A stretch of DNA of 64,000 nt from Eledone cirrhosa (Eukaryota). The first letter of the stretch is position 1. Every line of letters begins with the position of its first letter. The notes under the pieces are model-generated. The model worked only from the letters and a program-made list of their open reading frames with translations. It searched no databases and was not told the origin of the DNA. The stretch lies in contig OZ024746.1 in the NCBI GenBank assembly GCA_964016885.1, positions 47,988,001 to 48,052,000 on the forward strand. The letters run 5' to 3'. This document shows positions 14,550 to 32,933 of the stretch, piece by piece. Both the position numbers and the translations under genes were made by a program.

Positions 14550-14615
14550 ATTTTATTATGCGCATTTCAAAAAAAAATATCATCATGCAATATTTGTGTT
14601 TTCATCAGATAAAAT
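14550..14615 (-). ncRNA. Minimal type I hammerhead motif (TGCGCA family)
   Basis: Inverted copy of 14747-14815. Confidence 0.75.
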
Positions 14616-14746
14616 AGGAAGACATGATATGAAGGTTAAAAAATACTTGTGAATAGTGCAGTTTTGAATCAACTATTGAATCAACTATTCACAAGTGTTT
14701 TTTAACCTTCATATCATGTTTTTTAACCTTCATATCATGTCTTCCT

Positions 14747-14815
14747 ATTTTATCTGATGAAAACACAAATATTATTGCATGATGATATTTGTTTTTGAAA
14801 TGCGCATAATAAAAT
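14747..14815 (+). ncRNA. Minimal type I hammerhead motif (TGCGCA family)
   Basis: ATTTTAT-CTGATGA-[AAACACAAATAT..ATATTTGTTTTT]-GAAA-TGCGCA-TA-ATAAAAT. Confidence 0.8.
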
Positions 14816-14948
14816 ACATGGAACTCTTTTAACCATCTTTTGATCTTATATATTATGTATACTCCAGTCCTACAAACTGTAGAATTCTTTTTATCCGATA
14901 TCTGCATTGCTTTATTGTACTACAATAAAACTCACCTCCTACATATAC

Positions 14949-15003
<55 letters not shown>

Positions 15004-15004
15004 T

Positions 15005-16131
15005 AGAAGCCAGGCAGTCGCAGCAAATGGGGCCCTCTCGAGGGAGACACCAATATCAAGTGGGGTGCCCCAGGAGACAGTCCTGGGACCACTACTGTTT
15101 TTGGTGGCTCTCTCTCAGACATGCCCTCTGTAGTACATACAACAACATCCCTCACTAGCTATGCTGATGACACTAAGGTAGCACAGGCAATCAAAAATCC
15201 GGCTGACGCTGCCCTTTTACAGCAGGATCTGGATGCCATATACAAAAGGGCGGAAGAAAGCAACATGCAGTTTAATGCTGGCAAATTCCAAGCCCTACAA
15301 TACAAACCTCCAAACACAAATATAGTGGAACACAACTACACAGGACCAGGAGGGACCGATATCCCCGTGTCAAAATCGATACGAGACCTGGGCATAGACA
15401 TGAGCGATGATGCATCTTTTTCTTCACACATCATGAAAGTGGTGACAATGTGCAGACGACTCGCTGGCTGGATCTTGAGGACTTTCCGGACAAGAGATCG
15501 AGACACCATGTTGACACTATGGAGGACATTTGTCCTAAGCCGCCTGGACTACTGCTCCAAGTTGTGGTCACCCCATAGTGTCAAACTAACCACGGAGCTT
15601 GAGGCAATCCAGCGAAGCTACACCAAGAGGATTGCCAAGATGAGGGAGACAAGCTACTGGGAGAGGCTAAAGGAACTGAACCTCTACTCCTTGGAGCGAA
15701 GACGGGAGAGATACGCAGTGATCTACATGTGGAAAATCCTGGAGGGACTAGCACCAAACTTTGGCATTGGGAGCTGGACCAACCGTCGAACAGGACGTCA
15801 CTGTGTGGGGCCAAAAGTCTCGTCTTCCACATCTAGAATAAGGAGCAGGTATTGCAATAGCCTGGGATTCAAGGGGCCTCAACTCTTCAACAGGCTGCCG
15901 AGGGATCTGAGAGATCTGCATGGTGTGGAGGTGGATGTCTTCAAGAAACATCTCGACACCTTCTTATCCAGGATGAGTCCACAGCAAGACACGAGGGAAA
16001 CCTAAGGCAGCAGCAACAAACTCCCTCTTACACCAGTGGCCAACCTATACAAGCTGGAGACAAAATGTGTAGCAACAAGGGCGGTGCCCCAGCATGGCCT
16101 CAGCTGGATGGCTAAAACAGTTAAAAGAGAA
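15005..16131 (+). mobile_element. 5'-truncated CR1/L2-group LINE (RT C-terminus and 3'UTR)
   Basis: [14 protein letters not shown] (frameshift) SYADDTK, IRDLGI, LDYCSKLWSP, LYSLERRRERY; tail GCGGTGCCCCAGCATGGCC. Confidence 0.88.
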
Positions 16132-16445
16132 TACATATATATATAAATATATATAAATATACATACATATATATATATATATATATACATATATATATAC
16201 ACATATATATACACATATATGTATATATGTATATATATATATATACATATATATATATGTATGTATATATATATATACATATATATATGTATGTATATAT
16301 ATATATATATATACATATATATATACATATTTATATACATATATATATGTATATATATATATATACATATATATATGTATATATATATATACAGATATAT
16401 GTATATAGAAATTACATGAATCAAAGTTCAGTTTAAATCATTTAT

Positions 16446-16494
16446 TTGCTTACAATTGTTTCCTCCAAACCGAGGTTTGGATTCTTCGGAGCAA
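16446..16494 (-). ncRNA. Hammerhead-like motif with variant core CCGAAGA
   Basis: TTGCT-CCGAAGA-ATCCAAACCTCGGTTTGGAG-GAAA-CAATTG-TA-AGCAA. Confidence 0.65.
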
Positions 16495-16933
16495 CTATTT
16501 AGTGATCTATAACATACTTGACCTCCTTATCAACACAAGAGACATACAACAACATATGTATATATTGACCCACAGTGGGTTGACATCCATCATAATGATA
16601 TAGCATGGCAATTTACATACAAAGGTTACATTCATATTAAAGGACAAAATTAAAGTTAAAATAAAATAAAAATAAACCATTGGCAGTTTATGAAGATAAA
16701 GCAAGAGGAAAGTTTCTAAACTTTCCTCTTGCTTTATCTTCATAAACAGCCAATGGTTTATTTTTATTTTAACTTTAATTTTGTCCTTTAATATGAATGT
16801 AACCTTTGTATGTAAATTGCCATGCTATATCATTATGATGGATGTCAACCCACTGTGGGTCAATATATACATATGTTTTTGTATGTCTCTTGTGTTGATA
16901 AGGAGGTCAAGTATGTGAAAAATCACTAAATAG

Positions 16934-16982
16934 TTGTTCCGAAGAATCCAAACCTCGGTTTGGAGGAAACAATTGTAAGCAA
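16934..16982 (+). ncRNA. Hammerhead-like motif with variant core CCGAAGA
   Basis: Same motif as 16446-16494, with helix I TTGTT/AGCAA. Confidence 0.62.
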
Positions 16983-17463
16983 ATAAATGATTTAAACTGA
17001 ACTTTGATTCATGTAATTTCTATATAACTGCTCTGTAAAACAACTGATGTTATTACATTGAGCTATTTATCTTACTGGTAATAAGATAGTAATGAATTAC
17101 TGTCTTTCACTATTTAGAGTTTAAATATATATAACCATAAAAGGTTTTATTATATACATAACCATAGATAGTATCCTTAATACTATATATGTATATATAT
17201 ATACATATATATGTATATATGTGTATATATATATATATACATATATATATACATATATGTATATATGTGTATATATATATATACATATATATATATACAT
17301 ATATATATACATATATGTATATATGTGTATATATATATATACATATATACAAATATATATATACATATATATAAACATTTATATGTATATATGTGTATAT
17401 ATATATATACATATATACAAATATATATATACATATATATAAACATTTATATGTATATATGTG

Positions 17464-17495
<32 letters not shown>

Positions 17496-17530
17496 CATGT
17501 ATATATATATATACATATATATATATACAC

Positions 17531-17562
<32 letters not shown>

Positions 17563-17586
17563 ATATATGTATACATATATATACAC

Positions 17587-17685
<99 letters not shown>

Positions 17686-17845
17686 CATGTATATATACAT
17701 ATACATATATATATATATACATACATGTATATATACATATACATATATATATATACATATACATATATATATACATATACATATATATATATACATATAC
17801 ATATATATATATATATGTATACATATATATACACACACATATATA

Positions 17846-17893
<48 letters not shown>

Positions 17894-17949
17894 CCTATAT
17901 ATATACATATATATATATACATATATATACATATAAATATATATATATA

Positions 17950-18380
17950 TAAATTGAAACAAAATGAAAACGAAATTTCATTTCTCACTCTTAGTATGGC
18001 ACTTACTTAAATGCAAGTATGCATGTATACGTACATACATATATGTATACAGACGTACAGTAGCATGCACACATATATATATATATATACATATATATAT
18101 ACATATGCATACAGGTACACATACATATATGCACGTATCAGTTTAGCGGCGCTTATTATAACGTCGCTTTGTTCGTTTGTAAACAAACTGAACAGCCTGA
18201 ATTTATGCCATACGGTGTTAAGGCAACCACGTCACCTTTTTGTTCAACACTGACACAGGAACGATGTACTAGTTTCAAGCTTGTTAGCTATCATCAGCAC
18301 CGTTTACCCATCTGCCAGATAGTTGAACGTTCGAAAGTATATACTTTCCTTATGAAAATTAACGGCTGAGCAGCCTAATT
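17950..18380 (-). mobile_element. Pseudo-LTR-like element (CTAG hammerhead family)
   Basis: Homologous to 49400-49940 and to the diverged copy at 33145-33495. Confidence 0.7.
18262..18302 (-). ncRNA. Minimal type I hammerhead motif (CTAG family)
   Basis: CGGTG-CTGATGA-TAGCTAACAAGCTT-GAAA-CTAG-TA-CATCG. Confidence 0.75.
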
Positions 18381-18804
18381 TATATATATATATATATATA
18401 TACATATATATATACATATATATACATACATATATATATATATACATATATATACATATATATATATATACATATATATATACATATATATATATATACA
18501 TATATATATACATATATATGTATATATATATGTATATATATATATACATATATATATACATATATATGTATATATATATATATACATATATATATACATA
18601 TATATATATACATATATATATACATATATATATACATATATATATATACATATATATATACATATATATGTATATATACATATATATATATATACATATA
18701 CATATATATATACATATATATACATATACATATATATACATATATATATACATATATATACATATATATATACATATATATGTATATATATATATACATA
18801 TATA

Positions 18805-18840
<36 letters not shown>

Positions 18841-19259
18841 CATATATATATACATATATATATATATACATATATATATACATATATATATATACATATA
18901 TATATACATATATATATATATACATATATATATACATATATATATATACATATATATATACATATATATATAGATACATATACATATATATATACATATA
19001 TATATATATACATATATATATACATATATATATAGATACATATACATATACATATATATACATATACATATATATACATATACATATACATATATATACA
19101 TATACATATATATACATATACATATACATATATATACATATACATATATATATACATATATATATATACATATATATGTATATATATATATATACATATA
19201 TATACATATATATGTATATATATATATACATATACATATATATGTATATATATATATAC

Positions 19260-19298
<39 letters not shown>

Positions 19299-19353
19299 TA
19301 TGTATATATATATATACATATACATATATATGTATATATATATATACATATAC

Positions 19354-19425
<72 letters not shown>

Positions 19426-19502
19426 GTATATATACATATATATATATATGTATATATATATACATATATACATATACATATATATGTATATATATATACA
19501 TA

Positions 19503-19959
19503 TAACTTTGAATAACTTTGAAATGTTTTGGCCAGTATTGGCCCAGGCCATGTCTAACTTAATAGCACCACCTGGCGAAGTCTTTCAATTCAGGATTTGG
19601 GCACCATGGCCCATTCGAGAAGAGAATTACTGTTTGCGGAGACATATCCGGGTGTGGGTGGTTTGTCCGGGATTACTTGGAGGAATTTGTCCAAAGACTT
19701 CTTGAATTTTGTGTGGTCAGTTTCTGTTTTGACGTGTCCTGGTGTGATGTTGAAGAGAGCAGGGCCGATTGAGGTGAAATAATTGTGCCGTATTGTTGTT
19801 ATGAGTTGCGATTTAGATTTTTGAATGGGACGGATAGCACGGGGCCCAAGCCTTGGGTGTATCTTGAAGGCGATGCCAACATCATTTGGGCAGTGATGAT
19901 GGAACATTTTCCACATCATGCAGATAATATAACGCTCACGGCGACGTTGGAGTGAGTAA
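19503..19959 (-). mobile_element. 3' fragment of the CR1/L2-group LINE at 25032-27920
   Basis: Same translated C-terminus ([18 protein letters not shown]) and the same TTCAAAGTTA tail. Confidence 0.92.
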
Positions 19960-19993
<34 letters not shown>

Positions 19994-20042
19994 CATATAT
20001 ATATATATGTATATATATATACATATATATATATACATAAAT

Positions 20043-20111
<69 letters not shown>

Positions 20112-20205
20112 TATACATATATATATATACATATATATATATATACATATATACGTATATATTTATATATATACATATATATATATACATATATACGTAT
20201 ATATT

Positions 20206-20237
<32 letters not shown>

Positions 20238-20249
20238 TATGTATATATT

Positions 20250-20281
<32 letters not shown>

Positions 20282-20371
20282 TATGTATATATATATATAT
20301 ATATACATATATATGTATATATATATATATATATACATATATATGTATATATATATATATATATATACATA

Positions 20372-20431
<60 letters not shown>

Positions 20432-20444
20432 CATATATATATAC

Positions 20445-20479
<35 letters not shown>

Positions 20480-20485
20480 CATATA

Positions 20486-21735
20486 GACTATAACAGAGGA
20501 GTTCAAGACCGGCTGCCCATGGGAACTCCTATACGCAGATGATCTAACGCTCATAGCTGAATCAATGACCGAACTAGAGAAGAAATTCCAAACGTGGAAG
20601 CACGGCCTAGAATCAAAAGGCCTTAAAATTAACCTGGCTAAGACTAAAATTCTAGTTTGTAGGAAAGAAAATAAGGCAGCGGTCCCATCGGGGAAAAGGC
20701 CATGCTCAGTGTGTAGGAAAGGCGTAGGTAGAAACTCCATTTTATGTCCCAAATGCAAAGTATGGGTGCATAAAAGATGTAGTGGGATCGCAGGTAAGCT
20801 AACTAAGAACATAGATTTTACATGTGGCCGGTGCTCTGGTGCAATAAGTAGCAGCAAGTGCCCACAAAATACTAGCTCCTTCAACTGCGCAGAGGGTTCT
20901 ATAGAAATAGTGGACAGCTTCCGTTATCTGGGTGACAAAATCAGCAGTGGGGGAGGGTGCTCTGAAAGTACAGTAGCTAGAGTCAGAACTGGATGGAAAA
21001 AGTTCAGAGAGCTTATACCACTATTAGCCGCTAGAGGGTTCTCCCTAAAAATGAAAGGCAGGTTATACGATGCCTGCATACGAACAGCAATGCTGCATGG
21101 CAGTGAGACCTGGGCATTGTGTGCAGAGGATATACGCAGACTAGAGAGGAACGAAGCTTGCATGCTCCGCTGGATGTGCAATAGTAATATACGTGAACGG
21201 CAAAGCATAAACGAACTAAGGAAAAAATTAGAAATAAGAGGGATCAGATGTTGTTTACTCGAGAGAAGGCTACGTTGGTACGGTCACGTGATGCGCATGA
21301 AAGACGACAGCTGTATAACAAAGTGCAGGGCAATAAAGATAGACGGTAGCCACGGAGTAGGCAGACCCAGAAAAACATGGGACGAGCTGATAAATTCCGA
21401 CCTCACACGCTTACACCTCTCCAAGACAATGTCACTGGACCGAGACCTTTGGCGGTACTCAGTAATAGAGAAGACCCGCCTTACCTAAATACAAAGTAAA
21501 AACCTACTACAGTCCACGCTGTAATGTGGCCGTGTAGGCAACACGGTAAAAACCTCCCAGCCCCACACTGTAAATGTGGTTGGTGTTAGGAAGGGCATCC
21601 AACTGTAGAAAACCCGCCAGACAGTTCTATGCGAGCAAGACAACCACTCTTGCCTCAAGTGGGAAAACCCCCGTCCAAACCCATGCAAGCGTGGAACACG
21701 GACGCTAAACCTGATGATGATGATGATGATGATGA
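20486..21735 (+). mobile_element. 5'-truncated RTE-clade LINE
   Basis: [65 protein letters not shown]; (GAT)n tail. Confidence 0.92.
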
Positions 21736-21777
21736 TATATGTATATATATATATATATATACATATATATATACATA

Positions 21778-21858
<81 letters not shown>

Positions 21859-21863
21859 GTATA

Positions 21864-22463
21864 TCATCATCATCATCATCAACGTTTAACGTCCGTGTTC
21901 CACGCTTGCATGGGTTTGGACGGGGGTAGTCCCACTTGAGGCAAGAGTCATTTTCTTGCTCGCATAGGACTGTCTGGCAGGTTTTCTACAGTTGGATGCC
22001 CTTCCTAACACCAACCACATTTACAGTGTGGGTCTGGGAGGTTTTTACCGTGTTGCCTACACGGCCACATTACAGCGTGGACTGTGTGTTTTTTTGTCGT
22101 GACACCTACACAATCTCATTTGTTTCGGCCTGGATGGCGCGGCACCAACATGACTTTACATAGAACGGGGTTGTGTGGATGGGGTGGGGGTGGTGGTGGT
22201 GGTGGGACGGGGTGTATTTTGTTAGAGATGCCTACTGGCAAGGCGGGTCTTCTCTATTACTGAGTACCGCCAAAGGTCTCGGTCCAGTGACATTGTCTTG
22301 GTGAGGTGTAAGTGTGTGAGGTCGGAGTTTATCAGCTCGTCCCAGGTTTTTCTGGGTCTGCCTATTCCGTGGCTACCGTCTATCTTTATTGCCCTGCACT
22401 TTGTTATACAGCTATCATCCTTCATGCGCATCACGTGACCATACCAACGTAGCCTTCTCTCTA
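21864..22463 (-). mobile_element. RTE LINE 3' fragment
   Basis: [20 protein letters not shown], 3'UTR and (GAT)n tail. Confidence 0.9.
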
Positions 22464-22612
22464 GATACATATATATGTATATATATATATATACATATAT
22501 ATATATACACATATATATCTATATATATATATACACATACATATATATATATACATATATATGTATATATATATATATACATATATACATAAATACATAA
22601 ATATATATGTAT

Positions 22613-25031
<2,419 letters not shown>

Positions 25032-27833
25032 GCCGAGGTGAAAGTGAAAAATTTCAAAGCCATCCGTGCTGATCGCGCTGGCAGAAGAAAGGGCGGAACT
25101 GCCATTTATGTCCATAATTCTTTCTCAACAGAGGCTATGAACATATTCTCTAATGGATACTGTGAGGCAGTCACTGTATTCAGTCAAACCAACAACCTAT
25201 TAGTAGTTGGGCTCTATAGGCCACCCCAAACGCCTGTACCATGCTTCAAGGAATGCCTCAACAGCATAAAGTGTTTCATCCAAGAGTGTCACCCTGACAA
25301 CATCTTAATGATGGGGGACTTCAACCTCCCCGGAGTTGACTGGTCCACAAACACCCTGCCACCAGGTTCTTCTGCCTCAACCTCTGACAGGGAAGCTGTG
25401 GAATCGCTTCTTGACTTCATGGATGATTTCTTCCTATCCCAACTAGTGCTCGAACCAACGAGGTGCCACAAAAACGTCCTAGACTTAATTTTCAGCAATC
25501 ACACTGACAATATCCACAATATTGCAGTGGAGAAAACTCTACTCTCTGATCATGACATGGTTCTCTGTGATCTGAGATTCCACCGTCCAATATACAAACC
25601 CAATGTCATTTCTCCTGTCCATCCGTTTGACGCTATGGATTTCCACAATGCAAACTGGGAAGCGATCAGTCATGATCTTGCACATGTCGACTGGTCCTTC
25701 ACGCACACTCATACACCCACTAACATCAAAAAGTCCTGGCAGACATTTGTGGACACTGTTACAAACATATGTGCTAAACACACCCCATTAAGAACTATAA
25801 ACAAATCTAAGAGCAGAATCCCTAGAAATAGAAAAACGCTCATCAGAAAAATTAAGAGAACGAACAAAAAAATCAACAATCTGAAATACTGTCAGCAGCA
25901 ACACATCAACTTGACTGCCATTTCATCACTAGAGATTAAAAAACATAACCTCCAAAACAACATAATGTCCCTCATCAACAATCAGAGAAGAGCTGAAGAG
26001 GCCTGGGCCATTGAGAAGATCAAACTCAATCCCAAAGTGTTCTTTTCATTTGCAAAAAAACACAAAATCACTGGCTCTACTGTTGGCCCTCTAATTGATG
26101 AAAATGGCACTCTTCAAGACAATGCTAAAACCATGGGTGAGATACTGCAGAAACAATACTGCTCTGTTTTCAGCAATCCTGATATGGCCGATCTGGGCTG
26201 TATCGGCGATGTTACTCCCCATTACACCTTATCGGACATAACGTTTGGCGCCCCTGATGTCTTGGCGGCAATAAAGGAAATCAAGCATAATTCAGCAGTA
26301 GGTCCCGATAGGTTCCCTGCTTGTGTCTTGAAGGCGTGTCAACACCAACTTGCTTCTCCTCTTGCCAATCTGTGGCGGAACTCACTGGATGCTGGATATG
26401 TGCCAGAAAACCTTCTATCCCAGTCTGTTGTCCCAGTTTTCAAAAAGGGAAACAAATCCCTTGCCGTGAATTACCGTCCAATCTCACTCACCTCTCATAT
26501 CATTAAGGTATTTGAGCGAGTGGTGAGATCGCGAATGACCCACTTCCTTGAGAGTAACAATATGCTGAACTCCAACCAGCATGGATTCCGTAATGGAAGG
26601 GATTGCCTGACGCAACTACTGCATCACTTTGATGACATTTTGAGAGCCTTGGGAGAGGGTTCCAACACTGATGTTATCTACCTTGATTTCAGCAAGGCCT
26701 TTGACAGGGTTGATCATAACATTCTACTGAGAAAGCTGTCCAATATTGGTGTCACTGGAAAGCTGCTGCAGTGGATCAAGAGCTTCCTGTCAAACAGAAC
26801 CCAACATGTTGTAGTTGAGGGAGTCAAATCAAGCCCAGCCAAAGTCAGTAGTGGAGTCCCACAAGGCACTGTGTTGGGCCCACTTCTCTTCATCATCTAT
26901 ATTAATGACATCACTGACATCATCAAACACAGCAACATTAAAATTTTCGCTGATGATTCCAAGCTCCAAAAGGTCATCAATGGCGTGGATGACCGGATAA
27001 GCCTTCAGTCAGACCTACTGGCTGTTACCCAATGGGCAGAAAAGAACAACATGTTACTGAACGAAGACAAATTCGAACTGATCCACTTTGGAAAAGAGGA
27101 TGCTCTGAAACTCCCGTACTCCCTTCCCTCCGGGGAAACTCTCGTGGCATCTAACAACATCAGAGACTTGGGAGTAACCGTGGACAGCAACATAAGCTGG
27201 ACCACGCATATAAGCAGCAAAGTTGACATGGCCCGCAGAATGTGTTCCTGGATCCTCAGAACCTTCCAGTCGAGAGATTCCCGCACCATTATCCTTCTCT
27301 TCTCTACTTTCGCCCGACCACACCTTGAATACTGTTGTCCACTGTGGTCTCCCCACACGAAACAAAGTATCATGAAACTTGAAGCTCCTCAAAGGGCAAT
27401 CACGAAAAAGATAGATGGCATGTCAGACCTTGACTACTGGGGTCGATTGGAAAACCTGAAACTTTACTCACTCCAACGTCGCCGTGAGCGTTATATTATC
27501 TGCATGATGTGGAAAATGTTCCATCATCACTGCCCAAATGATGTTGGCATCGCCTTCAAGATACACCCAAGGCTTGGGCCCCGTGCTATCCGTCCCATTC
27601 AAAAATCTAAATCGCAACTCATAACAACAATACGGCACAATTATTTCACCTCAATCGGCCCTGCTCTCTTCAACATCACACCAGGACACGTCAAAACAGA
27701 AACTGACCACACAAAATTCAAGAAGTCTTTGGACAAATTCCTCCAAGTAATCCCGGACAAACCACCCACACCCGGATATGTCTCCGCAAACAGTAATTCT
27801 CTTCTCGAATGGGCCATGGTGCCCAAATCCTGA
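25032..27833 (+). CDS. CR1/L2-group LINE ORF2 (APE endonuclease plus reverse transcriptase), 5'-truncated, frame intact
   Basis: YRPP, MGDFNLP, LDLIF, SDH (APE); [45 protein letters not shown] (RT). 3'UTR runs to ~27920 and ends (TTCAAAGTTA)2. Confidence 0.95.
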   Translation, partial: AEVKVKNFKAIRADRAGRRKGGTAIYVHNSFSTEAMNIFSNGYCEAVTVFSQTNNLLVVGLYRPPQTPVPCFKECLNSIKCFIQECHPDNILMMGDFNLPGVDWSTNTLPPGSSASTSDREAVESLLDFMDDFFLSQLVLEPTRCHKNVLDLIFSNHTDNIHNIAVEKTLLSDHDMVLCDLRFHRPIYKPNVISPVHPFDAMDFHNANWEAISHDLAHVDWSFTHTHTPTNIKKSWQTFVDTVTNICAKHTPLRTINKSKSRIPRNRKTLIRKIKRTNKKINNLKYCQQQHINLTAISSLEIKKHNLQNNIMSLINNQRRAEEAWAIEKIKLNPKVFFSFAKKHKITGSTVGPLIDENGTLQDNAKTMGEILQKQYCSVFSNPDMADLGCIGDVTPHYTLSDITFGAPDVLAAIKEIKHNSAVGPDRFPACVLKACQHQLASPLANLWRNSLDAGYVPENLLSQSVVPVFKKGNKSLAVNYRPISLTSHIIKVFERVVRSRMTHFLESNNMLNSNQHGFRNGRDCLTQLLHHFDDILRALGEGSNTDVIYLDFSKAFDRVDHNILLRKLSNIGVTGKLLQWIKSFLSNRTQHVVVEGVKSSPAKVSSGVPQGTVLGPLLFIIYINDITDIIKHSNIKIFADDSKLQKVINGVDDRISLQSDLLAVTQWAEKNNMLLNEDKFELIHFGKEDALKLPYSLPSGETLVASNNIRDLGVTVDSNISWTTHISSKVDMARRMCSWILRTFQSRDSRTIILLFSTFARPHLEYCCPLWSPHTKQSIMKLEAPQRAITKKIDGMSDLDYWGRLENLKLYSLQRRRERYIICMMWKMFHHHCPNDVGIAFKIHPRLGPRAIRPIQKSKSQLITTIRHNYFTSIGPALFNITPGHVKTETDHTKFKKSLDKFLQVIPDKPPTPGYVSANSNSLLEWAMVPKS

Positions 27834-27920
27834 ATTGAAAGACTTCGCCAGGTGGTGCTATTAAGTTAGACATGGCCTGGGCCAATACTGGCCAAAACAT
27901 TTCAAAGTTATTCAAAGTTA

Positions 27921-27921
27921 T

Positions 27922-27955
<34 letters not shown>

Positions 27956-28046
27956 ATATACATATATATATATACATATATATATATACATGTATATATA
28001 TATATATATACATATATATGTATATATATATATATATACATATATA

Positions 28047-28080
<34 letters not shown>

Positions 28081-28106
28081 CATGTATATATATATATATA
28101 TACATA

Positions 28107-28148
<42 letters not shown>

Positions 28149-28154
28149 TATGTA

Positions 28155-28204
<50 letters not shown>

Positions 28205-28236
28205 TATGTATATATATATATATATATATACGTATA

Positions 28237-28294
<58 letters not shown>

Positions 28295-28372
28295 CATATA
28301 TATACATATATATACATATATATACATATATATATACATATATATGTATATATATATATATATACATATATA

Positions 28373-28424
<52 letters not shown>

Positions 28425-28566
28425 TATACATATATATATACATATATATACATATATATACATATATATATATATATACATATATATATACATATATATA
28501 CATATATATACATATATATATACATATATATATATACATATATATGTATTTATACATATATACATA

Positions 28567-28636
<70 letters not shown>

Positions 28637-28667
28637 CATATATATATATACATATATATATATATAC

Positions 28668-28698
<31 letters not shown>

Positions 28699-28702
28699 CA
28701 TA

Positions 28703-28748
<46 letters not shown>

Positions 28749-28868
28749 CATATATATATATACATATATATATACATATATATATATATACATATATATG
28801 TATTTATATATATATACATATATACATACATATGTATATATATATATATACACATATATATATATATG

Positions 28869-28900
<32 letters not shown>

Positions 28901-28910
28901 CATATATATG

Positions 28911-28942
<32 letters not shown>

Positions 28943-29424
28943 CATATATATGTATATATATATATATACATATATATGTATATATATACATATATATATA
29001 TACATATATACATATATACATATATATGTATATACATATATATACATATATATGTATATATATACATATATATATATACATATATATGTATATATATACA
29101 TATATATATATATATACATATATATGTATATATATATATACATATATATGTATATATATATACATATATATATATATATACATATATATGTATATATATA
29201 TATACATATATATGTATATATATACATATATATATATATATACATATATATGTATATATATATATACATATATATGTATATATATACATATATATATATA
29301 CATATATATGTATATATATATATACATATATATGTATATATATACATATATATATATATACATATATATGTATAGATATATATGTATATATATGTATATA
29401 TATATACATATATATATATACATA

Positions 29425-29466
<42 letters not shown>

Positions 29467-29588
29467 CATATATATATATACGTATATATACATATATATA
29501 AATACATATATATGTATATATATAGATACAAATATATACATATATATATATACATATATATATATACATATATATACATATATATGTA

Positions 29589-29650
<62 letters not shown>

Positions 29651-29651
29651 C

Positions 29652-29686
<35 letters not shown>

Positions 29687-29687
29687 C

Positions 29688-29774
<87 letters not shown>

Positions 29775-29779
29775 TATAC

Positions 29780-29812
<33 letters not shown>

Positions 29813-29823
29813 CATATATATAC

Positions 29824-29856
<33 letters not shown>

Positions 29857-29857
29857 C

Positions 29858-29890
<33 letters not shown>

Positions 29891-30174
29891 CATATATATG
29901 TATATATATATATATATATACATATATATGTATATATATATATATATATACATATATATGTATATATATATATATATACATATATATGTATATATATATA
30001 TACATATATATGTATATATATATATACATATATATATACATATATATATATATACATATATGTATATATATATATATACGTATATATGTATATATGTATA
30101 TATACATATATATATGTATATATATATATATACATATATATATACATATATATATACATATATATGTATATATA
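27921..30174. repeat. Interrupted (TA)n microsatellite
   Basis: Direct reading. Confidence 0.97.
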
Positions 30175-30437
30175 TGATGTTGATGTTGATTTAAAACTGC
30201 ACTATCAACAAGTGTTTTTTTAGCCTTCATATCATGTTCTCCTGTTTTATCTGATGAAAACACAAATATTATTGTTTGATGATGTTTGTTTTTGAAATGC
30301 GCATAATAAAATATAATGAACTCCTTTAACCATCTTTTGATCTTATATTATGCATACTCCAGTCCCACAAACTGTAGAGTGCTTCTTATCCGATATCTGC
30401 ATTGCTTTATTGTACTACAATAAAACTCACCTCCTAC
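30175..30437 (+). mobile_element. Solo PLE pseudo-LTR (TGCGCA family)
   Basis: Homologous to 14690-14942 and to the terminus of the GIY-YIG element at 53325-55020. Confidence 0.8.
30245..30311 (+). ncRNA. Minimal type I hammerhead motif (TGCGCA family)
   Basis: TTTTAT-CTGATGA-..-GAAA-TGCGCA-TA-ATAAAA. Confidence 0.78.
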
Positions 30438-30438
30438 A

Positions 30439-30474
<36 letters not shown>

Positions 30475-30480
30475 CATATA

Positions 30481-31069
30481 TCATCATCATCATCATCAAC
30501 GTTTAACGTCCGTGTTCCACGCTTGCATGGGTTTGGACGGGAGTAGTCCCACTTGAGGCAAGAGTGATTGTCTTGCTCGCATCGGCTGTCTGGCAGGTTT
30601 TCTACAGTTGGATGCCCTTCCTAACACCAACCACATTTACAGTGTGGGTCTGGGAGGTTTTTACCGTGTTGCCTACACGGCCACATTACAGCGTGGACTG
30701 TGTGTTTTTTTGTCGTGACACCTACACGATCTCATTTGTTTCGGCCTGGATGGCGCGGCACCAACATAACTTTACATAGAACGGGGTGGTGTGGATGGGG
30801 TGTGGGTGGTGGCGGGACGGGGTGTATTTTGTTAGAGATGCCTACTGGCAAGGCGGGTCTTCTCTGTTACTGAGTACCGCCAAAGGTCTCGGTCCAGTGA
30901 CATTGTCTTGGAGAGGTGTAAGTGTGTGAGGTCGGAGTTTATCAGCTCATCCCATGTTTTTCTAGGTCTGCCTATTCCGTGGCTACCGTCTATCTTTATT
31001 GCCCTGCACTTTGTAATACAGCTATCGACTTTCATGCGCATCACGTGTCCATACCAACGCAGCCTTCTC
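30481..31069 (-). mobile_element. RTE LINE 3' fragment
   Basis: [11 protein letters not shown]..; near-identical to 21864-22463. Confidence 0.9.
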
Positions 31070-31169
31070 ATATATATATATATATATATATACATATATA
31101 TACATATATATACATATATATATATATATATACATATATATATACATATATATATGTATATATATATAC

Positions 31170-31222
<53 letters not shown>

Positions 31223-31324
31223 CATATATATATACATATATATATGTATATATATATGTATATATATATATACTTTATATATATATACTTTACATATATA
31301 TACTTTATATATGTATATATATAT

Positions 31325-31515
31325 ATCCTTTGGGAGCCCCTACATGGACACACTGGAAGAGGAAGATTAGGGTTAATCTATGTTGATGCCCTAAGGACAG
31401 ACACTGGTCTGTTGGAGATGCAGGATATGGCAGCGATAATGAGGGACAGAGACCGCTGGAGAGAACTCGTCCATGGATCTCGGGAATTTTACCCGCCTTA
31501 GATAGATAGATAGAT
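31325..31515 (+). mobile_element. 3' end of a second RTE-type LINE family with (TAGA)n tail
   Basis: [31 protein letters not shown]. Confidence 0.7.
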
Positions 31516-31915
31516 ATACATACACATACATACATATACATATATATATACATATATACATATACATATATATATACATATATATACATATATATACATA
31601 CATATATATATACATATATATACATATATATACATATACATATATATATACATATATATACATATACATATATATACATATACATATATATACATATACA
31701 TATATATACATATACATATATATACATATATATATATATACATATACATATATATATACATATATATACATATACATATACATATATATACATATACATA
31801 TATATACATATATATATATATACATATATATACATATATATACATATACATATATATACATATATATATATATACATATATATACATATAAATATATATA
31901 TATATATACATATAA

Positions 31916-31952
<37 letters not shown>

Positions 31953-32027
31953 AATATATATATATATAAATATATATATATAAACATATATATATATACA
32001 TATATATATATACATATATATATATAC

Positions 32028-32064
<37 letters not shown>

Positions 32065-32087
32065 CATAAATATATATATATATAAAT

Positions 32088-32120
<33 letters not shown>

Positions 32121-32175
32121 AATATATATAAATATATATATATAAATATATATATATATACATATATATATATAC

Positions 32176-32222
<47 letters not shown>

Positions 32223-32307
32223 CATATATATATACATATATATATATATAAATATATATATATATAAATATATATATACACATATATATACACATATATA
32301 TATATAC

Positions 32308-32358
<51 letters not shown>

Positions 32359-32439
32359 AATATATATATATACACATATATATATATATATACATATATA
32401 TATACACATATATATATATATATACATATATATATACAC

Positions 32440-32470
<31 letters not shown>

Positions 32471-32471
32471 A

Positions 32472-32506
<35 letters not shown>

Positions 32507-32617
32507 AATATAAATATATATACATATATATAAATATATATACATATATATATACATATATACACATATATATATACATATATACACATATATATACATA
32601 TATACATATATATATAC

Positions 32618-32662
<45 letters not shown>

Positions 32663-32703
32663 TATATATATATAGACATATATATACATATATACATATA
32701 TAT

Positions 32704-32744
<41 letters not shown>

Positions 32745-32791
32745 TATACATATATACACATATATATATACATACATATATACATATATAT

Positions 32792-32823
<32 letters not shown>

Positions 32824-32828
32824 ACATA
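31516..32828. repeat. Interrupted (TA)n microsatellite
   Basis: Direct reading. Confidence 0.97.
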
Positions 32829-32933
32829 CATACATATATATATACATATACGTTATTCCGGGTTGAATCGGAGGTAACCACAGTAAGTAAGGTACTCAAT
32901 ACATAGCAGAGTATAAAAGTTTTAATATAGATG

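Larger units (their letters stand above)
14512..14942 (+). mobile_element. Foldback PLE pseudo-LTR pair
   Basis: 14512-~14655 is the reverse complement of ~14690-14855; same family as 30175-30437 and 53325-53490. Confidence 0.8.
16403..17183 (+). mobile_element. Foldback pseudo-LTR element
   Basis: ~16403-16690 and ~16746-17025 are near-perfect inverted arms; each has a hammerhead-like motif. Confidence 0.75.
17185..20485. repeat. Interrupted (TA)n arrays with embedded elements
   Basis: Direct reading. Confidence 0.95.
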
